Part shown: in pieces, positions 36,622-47,908 of the stretch
Numbering within the stretch: position 1 is the stretch's first letter
Layout of the letters: the number at the start of each line of letters is the position of its first letter
Source: Neophaeotheca triangularis
Lineage: Eukaryota
Length of the DNA: 64,000 bases
Direction: 5' to 3'
NCBI GenBank assembly: GCA_054600435.1
Contig: BAAIJX010000004.1
Coordinates: 310,001 to 374,000, forward strand
Notes under the pieces: model-generated
Seen by the model: the letters and a program-made list of their open reading frames with translations, nothing else
The model's database searches: none
Told to the model about the DNA's origin: nothing
Program-made: the position numbers and the translations under genes

Positions 36622-38040
36622 CTAAAAACTGTCCTCCTCCACGAACCTCCCCCGGACAACACTAGGACTGACCTCGTCCTCTTCCCCCTCCTCCCGCTCA
36701 AACCAGCCCTCCCCCTGCGTACTCGATCCTTCATCCGCCCCTGCCGTCAATAACAAATCCTCGACGATTTTGCGACTGGCCTCTTTCGCCGGTGTTTGCA
36801 CCAACCGACTCTGCGGGACGTGGAATTGCATTGTTTTGGGCGGGCTACCTTCGTAGTCTAGACTGTCGTCTTCGTCGGAGTCGGCGTTGGGGCCGTCGGT
36901 GGTGAAGGGGGTGTCTCCTGTGGTTAAAGGGGTGCGGGTGGTAGGGAAGAGTTGGCGGCCTGTGCTTGTAGTTGGGGGATTTGGGCGCTGAGTTGTGCTG
37001 AAGGGGGTTTGTTGGACTGAGATGCCTGGGGTTCGGGGTGCGGGTGTGGGTTTGGACTTTCCTTTCTCGGGCGAGAAGAGATCGCTGCGGAGTTGAGGGG
37101 CGGCGATTTCCGGGGACGAGGTGGGGGAGTCTTCCCACAGGGCTTTGGTTGAGGTTGTGTTGCGCGTGGCTGTGCCCGGGGTTGCGGCGGTTGTGGTCGG
37201 TTGCTGATGAGCGCGGCGTTGAGTGTGTGGGGTTGCTTGCACGCGGTAATTTTTGTCTAGCACGCCGCGGTGGAGGAGGACGTCGTTGTTGCGGGCTTGT
37301 TGATAGGCGGAGTTTTGGGCTGAGGGTTGGTAGGCGGATTCGGGCTCGAAGGGGGAGGATGCGGCGGCGTGGGGGGTGCTGGGGCCGGCGGAACCGAGGG
37401 GGTTCTTGCCAGTGTATTTGCGAGGGGAGGGGGAACGGAAGGCTGAAGCGGGCGGCTCGCGAGAGGCGGATGGCTTGTTGGCGCTCTCTGCTTGGTGTTT
37501 GGAGTTGGAGTTTAAGCGCGGTGTGGATTGGACGCCTGTGACTTGGGTTGGGGAATTCATGGTTGAGAAGTCGTCGTCGTCGTCGTTGTCGCTGTGTTGG
37601 GCGCCGGCATCGGTGACGGTGCGCTCCTCTTCGTGGTCGGTGGGTGATTGCAATGTGGCCGTCGTCTCTGTGTCGTGTTGGGTGTCGTTCTCTTCATCAT
37701 GCGCGCCTTCCTCGTAACCGCTCAGGGAGACATTGGCCGAGGCCTCGAAGAATTGCTTCCAGAACTGGGATGCTGTCGGTTAGTGACTTGTCTCGCGCGC
37801 AATGGTTGGGTGGGTGGTTGGTTGGTTGGAAGCGGACAGCCTCACCTTTGAGCCATCCCAAACGGCATTGCTATGCTTGGCATATTGCTCGACTATGGGC
37901 AGGATGCTCCCTGTGACGATGCGGTGGGCTCTGCTGAAGTTGCTGTCGATTTCCTGCAGCGTGAGGGTGATGGATTGCTCGAGCTTCTCCAGTTCCTCTG
38001 GTAGGGAGAGTGATCGGGGTGCACTACTCTGTCGAGACAT
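36622..38040 (-). CDS. ASK1: DASH/Dam1 complex subunit Ask1; exons 38040-37846 and 37764-36622
   Basis: ELEKLEQSITLTLQEIDSNFSRAHRIVT..ILPIVEQY..HS..VWDGSK|FWKQFFEASANVSLSGY; C-terminal SPPKTMQFHVPQSRL.QTPAKEAS..IVEDLL. Confidence 0.93.
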
Positions 38041-38106
38041 GTTGAACAGCGACGACGAGGACTACAATAGGAGGTAGGTACTAGTATAAGGTAATTACCT
38101 AGATAC

Positions 38107-38142
<36 letters not shown>
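38107..38142. repeat. (TAG)n microsatellite in the ASK1 5' region
   Basis: About 12 TAG units. Confidence 0.9.
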
Positions 38143-38694
38143 CAGACGCGCCCAAATTGAAGCACTTCCAACCTTCGTTCCCTTCCGATTTGGGAGACGC
38201 GTTTCTCTCCATTTACATGACTCGGGACATGGCTACTACCCCGCAAAGTCGGCTGTGGCTGGTACCTTATTGGTGCTTATCTTATCCCCGCTGCCGCTCG
38301 CGTCAAAGCAAGCCGAAGCCGGAGCTCCCCGCCATCTCTTCTAACAACCTCCGCCGACACCTCCCTATCTCCTCATCCTCTCATCTCCTCTCCTTGCCGT
38401 TACCGTTACTGGACCTTTTTCGCCCAAACAAGGCAAGATCTTGGTCAAGCCATCCCAATGTAGGCGCCTTCGGAACAGATCCCGCGGTATATTTCTGACG
38501 CGGTCCTGGCACGCGTCAAGCAAGCAGGTAAATCAAAAGCTACTTCTGTCCGATACCCCTCTTCTGCCATGGTCTTAGGTATCTTCCAACACTTCTTTTT
38601 GTCACTCTCCTTCCTCTCTCGTCTTGTTATCATATTAGACAGTAGACTGGTCAGACTACAAAGCAAACCCTTCCCCTTCAGTCGCGCACGCAGC

Positions 38695-39901
38695 ATGGCC
38701 TCCCTATCTCGCAACTTGCTCAATGCCAGCTCCACCCTACCCAGAATATCCAGCACCTACATCAAAACAGCAACATCTCGGCTACCATCCCGAACCTTCT
38801 CCAGCACAACTACCAGCCTCGCAAGAACAGCAATAGTAACAGGCGCCAGTCGCGGCATGTAGGCAGCCCCTCGTCCAGAGCGATAGAGTACACTCAACCT
38901 AACACCGTCTTGACAGCGGCAAAGCAATTGCCCTCCGGCTAGCCCGAGACGGCTACGACGTCTGTATCAACGATGTGGAAGCCAACAAATCCGGCGTTGA
39001 TGAAGTGGTCAAGGAGATCAAATCGCACGGCAGGAACTCTTGCGCCGCCATCGCAGATGTCTCGAACTTGCAGCAAGTGCAGCAGATGGTGCAGACGAGT
39101 GTCGATGAGCTGGGGCCGCTGAATACCATGTGAGTCGTCCGGCCCGAGCAACATACGAGACTCGCAACACTCCGTTCTTGCTCTCGTAGCCTTTCAGTCA
39201 GAGCTCGAAAAAGCTCGGAAGCACCTCTCAGGACCGTATACCGAAAACAACACAGTCAAGCCCAAGCTAATGCATCCAACGAACCCCAGGATCGCCAACG
39301 CAGGCATAGCCCAAGTAAAACCACTCCTCGACCTAACAGAACAAGACTTTGAGCGCATCTTCCGCGTCAACGTCTTCGGCGTGCAAAACTGCTTCAGCAC
39401 AGCAGCCAAACAAATCATCGAGCAAAAAAACAGCACACCCGAAGCACCGAGTAAACTAATAGCCGTAAGCCAGCCGCCGCCGGCCCCGCACAGACCAAAA
39501 CCTCCAACACCCAAACTAACCTCCACTCCCCGCAGGCCGCCTCAATAGTAGCCTTCAAACCCTTCGCCCTGCTCAGCCACTACAGCAGCACCAAATGGGC
39601 CGTGCGCGGCCTGGTACAAGCCTACGCCATGGAAATGGCCCGCCACCACATCACATGCAACGCCTACGCGCCGGGCATCGTCGGCACGGCAATGTGGGAT
39701 CTCATCGACGAGGAATTGGGCAAGACGACCAACCGCGCCAAGGGCGAGACCATCCGCAAGTACACGGACGAGTTGATAGCGCTGGGCAGGACCAGCGTGC
39801 CTGAAGACGTCGCCAAGACTGTTGGCTGGCTGGCGGGGCCGGATTCGGGCTATGTGACGGGCCAGACGCAGGTTGTGGACGGGGGCATCATTTTCACGTA
39901 G
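38695..39901 (+). CDS. SDR, acetoin/diacetyl reductase (2,3-butanediol dehydrogenase)-like, with a mitochondrial presequence; exons 38695-38858, 38917-39129, 39290-39464, 39536-39901
   Basis: TGASRGIG, IANAGIAQVKPL, YSSTKWAVRGL, NAYAPGIVGTAMW, YVTGQ...VDGG; Ser/Thr/Arg-rich leader without acidic residues. Confidence 0.88.
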
Positions 39902-39916
39902 GGAGGCGGCGGGAGA

Positions 39917-39920
<4 letters not shown>

Positions 39921-39951
<31 letters not shown>
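39921..39951. repeat. (GA)n microsatellite
   Basis: About 15 GA units just after the SDR stop. Confidence 0.9.
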
Positions 39952-39954
<3 letters not shown>

Positions 39955-41817
39955 ATAGACAGGCGCTGCTTGCGGGTCTTTTTCGGGGCGTAGTCTCCGG
40001 TGCTTGCTTTCGACCAACTCGACCGTTTCCGCCGGCCTTGTATCTATGCTATGCTATGCATGGCCAGAGACGGGACGTGTTAGCATCATTCCCAAGCGTA
40101 GGTAGTAAAGCGTTTATTTCCAAATAACCTTCATTCTACTTTTTTCCCCCCGGCAAGCGCGCCGTGTCGATCTTTCCAAGTCTCCTGGCCACAGCAGGCA
40201 GGCCTGCTCCATGCCGGGGACATCCCGGGCCAAGATTCCTCCACAGCGCCGCAAGAGCCCTTACCGATATCGGCAGGAGTCGCGAGTGGTGGCTGGAAAC
40301 CGGGAATACGAGATTTCCAGGGGTGTGTGGGGCGGAGGGTGTTAGGACTTGCTCGAAGGCTCGGCCGAAGAAGGCAAAAGAGAAAGAGAAAGGGAAATGG
40401 CGGAAGAGTGCCAGTAGAGAGGAGACGATGGCGATGGCGAAGTGAGTGCATTCCAGCGCGACGAAGAAAAAAAAGGAAAAGAAATTGGCAGAAGGGACGA
40501 AGATCGCAAAAAGAGAGAAGAAAGAAAAAAGAAAAAGAAGAGAGTAGACACAAAAAAACAAAATACCAATACGTACCAGAGCACCAACGCTCTCCCTCGT
40601 CCAATCTACTATTACTACACAAGCCACAAAGCCACAAGCTCAGAGAAAACAGAGCAGAGAAAAGACGAAATGAAAATGAAAAGGAAAAAGGAAATTTCTC
40701 TAAAACTCTCCGACGCAAAGCTCCGACGCAAAGATTACATACCCTCCCCCCTCCGCACTCCCTTGCCCAGCTCCCACAACTCCCCGACCCCTCCTCTATA
40801 TCCCCCTTCCCACACCCAGCCCGCCCCTAAGAAACCACCCGCACCCACAAACGCCATCCGTGATGAGGTGGAGGTGGAAGAGGGGTATCAATGCTGCCTC
40901 CCAAGAACCAAGAACCAAAAAAAGCCCAAAACCAACAGCAAGGATTTAAACGTCCCCGCAGAAACAACCCACTCAAAAAAAAAAACTGGAAGCGAGAGAA
41001 ATTGCAAAGCAGGACTGCGACGAGTCGATGGCAAGAAAGCGAACGACGCCGGAAGATGTGAAGAATTAAAAAAGAAAAAAGAAAAAGGCAAGCTGTGTAT
41101 ACCCCCAGCCCAGCCGCGAAAGGGGCGAGGACTCGTGACGATTAAAGCTCCACACGCTCGTCGGACGGTCGTGCTCGTTATTGCGCTGTGCGGTGAAAAG
41201 AAGGCGAAGCGGATTGTAAGTGTATATATCGATACTGTAGGCGACGGAAAGGATTACAAATCCTGTTGTAGTTCGTCCGACGCCGAAGATGGGAAACCCA
41301 AGATTCCGTGGAAAGAAAAAAAGTGCAAGGTTGCTAAGGGGGTATCTGTCTGGTCCCGTGGAGGAAGCTGTGTCTATGGTCGCGATCGCGTCGAAAAGCG
41401 GGAAAACGGGGAATGGAAAGGAAAGAAGCAGGCGTGGGGGTTTCAGCGCGGAGGACGTCGGTCGAGAGTTTGGTCGGTGGCGAAAAGGGGGGTTGGTTTG
41501 TCAGTGGTGAGTGGTGGTGGTGATGTCGGGATGTCCTGCGGTGGGAGAAATGGTGGTGTAGTGTATGCTTCTATCGCTTGCGTGCATGCGGGAATCGAGG
41601 ATCAGACAATAAGGCAGATGTCCAGATGACCATCAAGAGAAATGCAGGCGAGTCAGCCGAGCAAGCCTGCCAGTGCCAAGGCGAGGCAGAGGACAAAGAA
41701 AGGGGGTGAGTGTGTGTGTGGGGGTGTGTGTAGGTGTGTATGGTATGTGGTGTGGGTGTGGCACCAGATGCGCGGGTGTAGCTGGAGAGAACCTTAAAAG
41801 GCGATCAACGGGTAAGG

Positions 41818-41848
41818 GTGTGTGTGTGTGTGTGGGTGTGTGTGTGTG
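41818..41848. repeat. (TG)n microsatellite downstream of medA
   Basis: Interrupted TG run. Confidence 0.8.
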
Positions 41849-42038
41849 ACGCCCGGCCCGCTTTTCTGTTGTTGCCCGCTCTCCCGCTCTTCGTTCAGGT
41901 GACCAATCATCGTGCCTCGGCTTGGACGTCAAACGGTCAGCTCTCTACACATTTCTCCACCCTCGACCACACCACCCCCATCTTCGCAATAATGTGCATG
42001 GCTCGGTTTTTGTGCACATGTCAAAAGGCGTGCGCGAT

Positions 42039-44503
42039 TCATGCCGACGACGTCTGCTGACCCGTTTCGTCGTAATCGTGCAAAGGCGCGAAACGGCCGT
42101 CCGAAGGTAGCGCCGTTGCACTTGACAACGACGGCACGCGGCTCGTTGGGTACTGCTGGGCGTATTGCGTGGAGCCTGGTAGACCGGCGCCCGAGATGGG
42201 AGTGTTGATGGGCATGTAGGCTGCAAAGTCCCAAGAGGAACCGCGCGCCGCCGAGGCCGAAGCGGAAAGGTCGTTGGAGTAGTGTGTAGACGGCTGGTGC
42301 CATGAGGTTGTTTGGCCCGTGGAGTCTGAAACGGCGCCTGGGACTGCCAAACGAAGCTCCGGTGGGCCTGCTGATGGCTGTGGCCCGAGTCCCAAGCCAA
42401 CACCTGCTGACCCGATTGGTGCATGAGGCGAGTAGACGTGCGTCGACATTGATGGTGGGTAGGCGTGCCCGTGCGAGGGTGCGGAACTCGATGTCGAGCG
42501 TGGTGACACTGCCCGGCGTTGTGATTGATGGTGCTGCTCCATTCCGGCATCTGAGGCCCTTCCCGTCGCACTGTATGCGGATGTTGCGGGCCCATGCAAA
42601 GCCCCTGCGGTCGACGAATAGCTTGCGGACTGCGTAAATAATCTAGGTTAGCTATCATTCGCATCGAATAGGCATCTGGCTCCGGGCTGCAGCTGCGGCC
42701 ATGCAATGCACATGTGGTGGGGGATGACTTGCATATTTGCCAATGATCTTCTTGAGTGCAACCGCCAGGATCCTCCATGGGAATACCTTGACATCCTTCT
42801 CAATATTGCGGGGTTTTGGGTTTGGGAATCCCATGATCAGCTTGAAGAACTCCTCGCTATCCGGCTTGGTCTTTGAAACCGTCGCAGGGCGGAAGCCTTC
42901 CAGATTGCGACGGATGCGATTCTTCTCCTCGACGGTAAAGCGCACAGCCACCAGCGACTCGAGCAAAGCTATCGTGTCCACACTCGTCACGTATGACTCT
43001 TGCTTCTCCTCCCACCAGATGCAGCTGACGCAGATGCTATTGGGTAGTCTGTCCTCAAGAGAGACGGCTTCGAACGAGGCGTTGATGACGCTGCCCGTCT
43101 GGCTGCGGCGAAACTGAACGAGACGTCGTCGAGCCTCCCACTCAGCATGCGACCAGCCTTCTGCCATGGAGTTGAGGTCGCCTTCAATCTTGAGCGAAGC
43201 CTTCGCGTTGGGCGGGTAGATTGCATAAGGGTTGAAGGTCTGCATCGAAGAACTCGCGGCGCTTTCGGGCGGCTGTTGTAGAGCAGATGTCCGGACTAGA
43301 GGTGGATTGCCGGCGGCTGCTGGCGACGGCAGAAGCTGAGTAGACCTGTTCGCTGGAGCAGCCGGAGCGCCAGAAGGACTCCGAGTCGCGGATTGCATAC
43401 CGTTGTAGTAGCTGTAAGAAGCTGGACTTTGGGCGACATGCAGTCGAGGAGTCGTCTGAGACTGCTGAGGTTGATAGCTGGTTTGGGCTCTCGGCAAGGT
43501 TTGGTTGTAGCTTTGGAGATGCTCCGGTCCACTGAAACGTCGAGACTGAGAGTAGGCTTCAGGATGAACGGATCGACTGAACGGTGAAGCCGGAATTTCA
43601 TACTGTAGGTTCGATGGGGTGTACGGTTGTTGCGACGGGTCTCTCCCGTAACCGCCAAGGTTCTGTATTGACTGCTTCTTCACAGGAGAACGTTCGGTCG
43701 CGTCTGGCGTGAGCTTTCGTTTGCGTTGCGCCTTCGACGGAGGGGGCTGCTGCGGAGAATCGAGAGGGTAGAAGTCGAGGTAGGTGAAGGCTCCAAACTC
43801 TAGCGACGGAGACTCCCACGATATCGATGCTGGTGGTTCATCCAGCGTCAAATACATGGGTACTTGAGGCGACGGTGAGTTTGTTGTGACAAAGGGAGGA
43901 ACGTCTGCGGTGATTTCATATTCGTACGTCTGCCCGTGTCGAGTAGAAGACTGCGACAGTCGACTGTCGCATCTTTTGTGGCCAAACATGATCATCACAT
44001 TGACATGGGGGTGGTCCAGATCATAGATGCTTCGAAAGTGAACAGTGACTTTGCTGCCTGGTTGTCCTTGATTCGGCGAGTACGAGATTATTTCCGGGAG
44101 TTGGCGAGGAGCCGCCTCAAGATATGCAGGGTAACGAACATGCTGGTCATTGTAATAGGTCGGGTCATGCGTCCCGTATTCTTGTCCAGAAGGTATCAAC
44201 GACAAGGCAGTTGACTGTGGCAGGCCAGATGGTACCTGCGCATGCATACCTCCATACTCGGCAGCATAGGGATAGTGGGCGGTGTAGTGGGAGTAGCTCG
44301 GCGCCTGTTCCGGTCTTGTGGCTTGGTTGTAGTCTTGATGCGTCACCATTAGTCACCTGCTTGTTGATGCAGCTCACATGGGCACACATTGCTCGGCATG
44401 CGCCGCGTCTGCCGCGCCCCCGGTGTTGGGGCTATCATGCACGTGTCGAAAGGATTCACTCACCGTACACATCGTAATTCTGAGGCTTGTCGTATCCTGA
44501 CAT
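42039..44503 (-). CDS. medA: Developmental regulator Medusa (MedA/ACON-3); exons 44503-44464, 44333-42733, 42629-42039
   Basis: Conserved domain W...E....RRLVQF.R.Q, SICVSCIWW, YVTSVDTIALLESLV..RFTVEEKNRIRRNLEGFRP.TVSK, FPNPKPRNIEKDVKVFPW, KKIIGKY|SASYSST; intron 44334-44463 (GT..AAG) and GC-AG intron 42630-42732. Confidence 0.92.
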
Positions 44504-46556
44504 GGACAACAGCAGCGTCCGCGGATCCGACGGGCTCAAAAGCCCACCTTGGTCGCCGTGACCTTGACAAGTCTCGTAGAGCTCCGTCGGGATGCCAGTG
44601 TCCTCGTCAACAATCAACGGTGCTTTGGCCCTTCTCCCTTGCTGTGTTTGTTGCGTCAGTCAGTGGAACGGTTTTGACGAGACTACATCAGTGACAAGCG
44701 TCCATCACTGGAAAGTCAATGACGATATCGACGGTTGCGTTGATGCCAATGGTGGGAGGCAAGATTGTCAACGTACCTTGTATCGCATACGGTTGCTGAG
44801 TGCCAGGTTGGCGGGCGACGACGATTTTCTGAACCGATCAGACAGAAGCGCAGAGGCAGTCTGTTGCAAGACGTCGGACGCAGAAGATGCGAACCTATCT
44901 TACTTGAACTAAACGCATGCAAGGACGAGCAAGGTCAACGAACGCCTGGTCAGTGCTCAAGAAGCAGCTATCCGCTCAAGACATGCAGATAACAGGATTG
45001 CCGCCTTTGATGCAAGTGTCAGTGGAGGCCTTGATTTCCAATGCCAGGCCTTTTCTGTGATGATCAATAGAGCAGGCAGGGTATTGTGGGGGTTCTCGCA
45101 GTCGTTCGCAGGAGATTGCAGGGATGGAACCAAAGTGTTGGTGCTCCGCTACTGTACGTTCCCGTCGGCGACTCCAAGCGCGGCTTCAAGAGAAGAAGCC
45201 TGTAGCGACGGTGATTATCATGAAGCAAAACAAACACCTATCATTGGATTAGCTAGTGATGCAGTAGGCGAATAGCCCATTTCCAGTGGCTATTTGCATG
45301 CCTTCTTTCCCGCTTGCCAAAGACATGGCACTTACCTCGCGAGATTTGGCCAGTCGATTTGGATGGTTTCGCTGCGCGTTAGGTGTTGCGATTTCTAATG
45401 AACAGCAATGTCCCCGGGACTAGCGGACACTTAGCATCCGCCTTGTACTGGAATCAATGGTCGTCGACGGAGGGTCCAAGCGCGTAGGTTCCTCCACGCA
45501 AGGTGGTTTAGCGGACGGCCCAAGGCGCAATGCAACACCCTCTTTGATTGCACCGTCTATCAGCCAGCTACCCTTAGGAATGCGCGCCGTGATGTTGTGT
45601 GTAGATAGTAGGCAGGTTGCGAGATGGAAACAAACCCTCTGTCCCGGTTGATCGTGACCCGATGGTAGATGATGCGTAGCAGTTTCCTGCGCTTTGACGA
45701 GCGTTTACGAATCACAAAAGTCCCTGAACCGTGGAAGTGGGCTCCCAATAGGACAGATCAAGCTTGGCACGAAAGGTGTGGTGGACATCCAGGTCGGCGG
45801 AGCTGGTCCTGGAATGAAGCCGCTACGTCGGATCTGAATCAAAAGGCCTGTCGATGTTTCAAGGGATTGAAAATGGGTGACACCAGATGGATGCGCGATG
45901 GTTTTGTGTAGTGGGTGTCGGTTGTGTGTCGCAGGCAGCGGTCAAGCAAGTCCTGTGGCGAGAGTAAAAGCGTGCGACTAGGTAGCTACTTGAGGTATGG
46001 AAGCGAAGGCAAGGTACAGTAGGTATGTCGATTACGAAAATTGGTAAGGGTTAAAGTGGCGGCGAGGGGAAGGTACGACTTTTGCGACGAGAGACAAAGT
46101 GAGGAGCAGCAAGTACACGGGTGACGGAGCAGTTCAAGGGGACCCGGGGGGGATCTGGCCATGAATACTTGACAAGGCGAACAGGTACAAGCACAGCAGG
46201 CAGGCAGGGCAGAGCAGGGCAGACGAGTGGTCCAGTCCAGTGACGGCAGCCAGCCCAGGGCGCCCAAGGGCAATGGAAGGCAATAATGCCACAGTGGTGC
46301 GTCGTGTGTGAAGCCGTGATGGAGGGATAGGTACGGTAAAGAAGCAGCCACTTTGTCAGCCAGACAGCCAGGCAGCCAGGCAGTGGTGGTGGCGGCGGCC
46401 AGCCATAATTAGGAGCTGCCCTGCACTGCCCTGCCCCTTGAGCTGCGAAGAAGCTTGAAAAGTTTAACCATGGCTCCTCTACCTCCTATAGCCAAGGTAC
46501 AAGGCGCCGCCGTCCTGCCGGCAGTCATGTTTGCGGAATGAGCAATGCACTGCAGC

Positions 46557-46595
46557 TAGGTAGGTAGGTAGGTAGGTAGGTTGGTAGGTAGGTAG
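46557..46595. repeat. (TAGG)n tetranucleotide repeat
   Basis: About 9 TAGG units with one TTGG variant. Confidence 0.9.
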
Positions 46596-46985
46596 CTATT
46601 GTCAAGGGGTACCCCATCCCGTCCAGGCTCGGGTCCGAGGGGATGCTTCTGCCGATGGATTGACAGACAGCGTCACAGGGAGAGCATTCGACTGGAGGAA
46701 TACTACAAGTATAGTGATAGTACTGTAGCAGAGACGAGCATCGGCAATGGGCAATGGGCATCCCTTACTTCCGCCGATGCGAAGCGATGCTGCGGCTCGC
46801 TCGATCGAAAAGCGGCTTGAGGGTTGATCGGTGAAGATGCCCGACGGAGAGGACAACAATAATGACAATGACAATGGCAACTATTAATGACGATAGGTAG
46901 ATGGGTAATAATAGGAGAACCTCAGTACTAGTAGGTAGGTACACGCACAGCAATCTAACCTAACCTAATCAAATCGAGATATATT

Positions 46986-47017
46986 TGTTGTTGTTGTTGT
47001 TGTTGTTCCGTTGTTGT
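46986..47017. repeat. (GTT)n microsatellite
   Basis: About 7 units plus a short interrupted extension. Confidence 0.85.
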
Positions 47018-47908
47018 TCGTCGTCAAAGGTCGATTCCTGAGCCTTGGCAACCGTCGTCGTTTCCCCATTCGGCCGTGCTCCTCCATTTCCGTTTCGCCG
47101 CTAACCGCAATCGAGTTTGAGCCACCGGGCACTACTGCAGGTACACCCATGATGATCGACTGGTCCATGCCACAGGGGGTAGATAAGGTTGGGGTGGTTG
47201 CCAATCGTTGGCGTCGACGACGATGCTCTGAGTGATGTGTTTGATCATCACGCTGAATGCTGAAAGTTGGATGCTTTTAGAAGGTACCCGTACCTACAGC
47301 TCGCTTGCGTGAGAGTGGCAAGGACCATCCCTACATCATCAACGACGCTGCTTGGCATGCCACCGATCGTCAAGACCCCCGGTCGTTTCATTCGACATCA
47401 ATCACACACACACAGCACACACACCTATACCCTATCCTGCCTTGCCAGGACCTTGACCCTTTGCCCCCCTGTGCTCAATAATTAGTACCTAACTCAGCTC
47501 CTAATGCCTGCCTGCCTACCTAGTCTTGCAATGCATATCCCCCGCCCTGGCAACGGTCTGGATACGACACCGAGGTTCAGAAGCAGCTCGCAAGGTGTTG
47601 GTTGGTTGATTGGTAGATTGGCAGATTGGCGCCGACACTTGTTCGGACGGGCATTCCGTGTGAGGTGGCTTTTGCAAACTGCACACGGGAGTCTTTTGTT
47701 TCATTTTAGGGATTTTCTCCCAAAGGCAGCGAGCGGGATACAGGTTCTAGAGCAGTGGGAACTCGACTCGAGACGGAGAGTTGGCGGTCCCCACGGCTTC
47801 CGGGCTCGGTTGGTGGCGATGTGGAATCTACCCGCCATGTACTTCTTAGATCGCGAATAATACTACCTACCTACTACACATACACGCCCAACGCCGGAAG
47901 CCCTCGTC

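Noticed and set aside
40442..41629. 395-aa Lys-rich ORF on +, with overlapping Phe-rich ORFs on -
   Set aside because: Arises from poly-A/poly-T low-complexity tracts downstream of medA; GTG start and no recognisable domain
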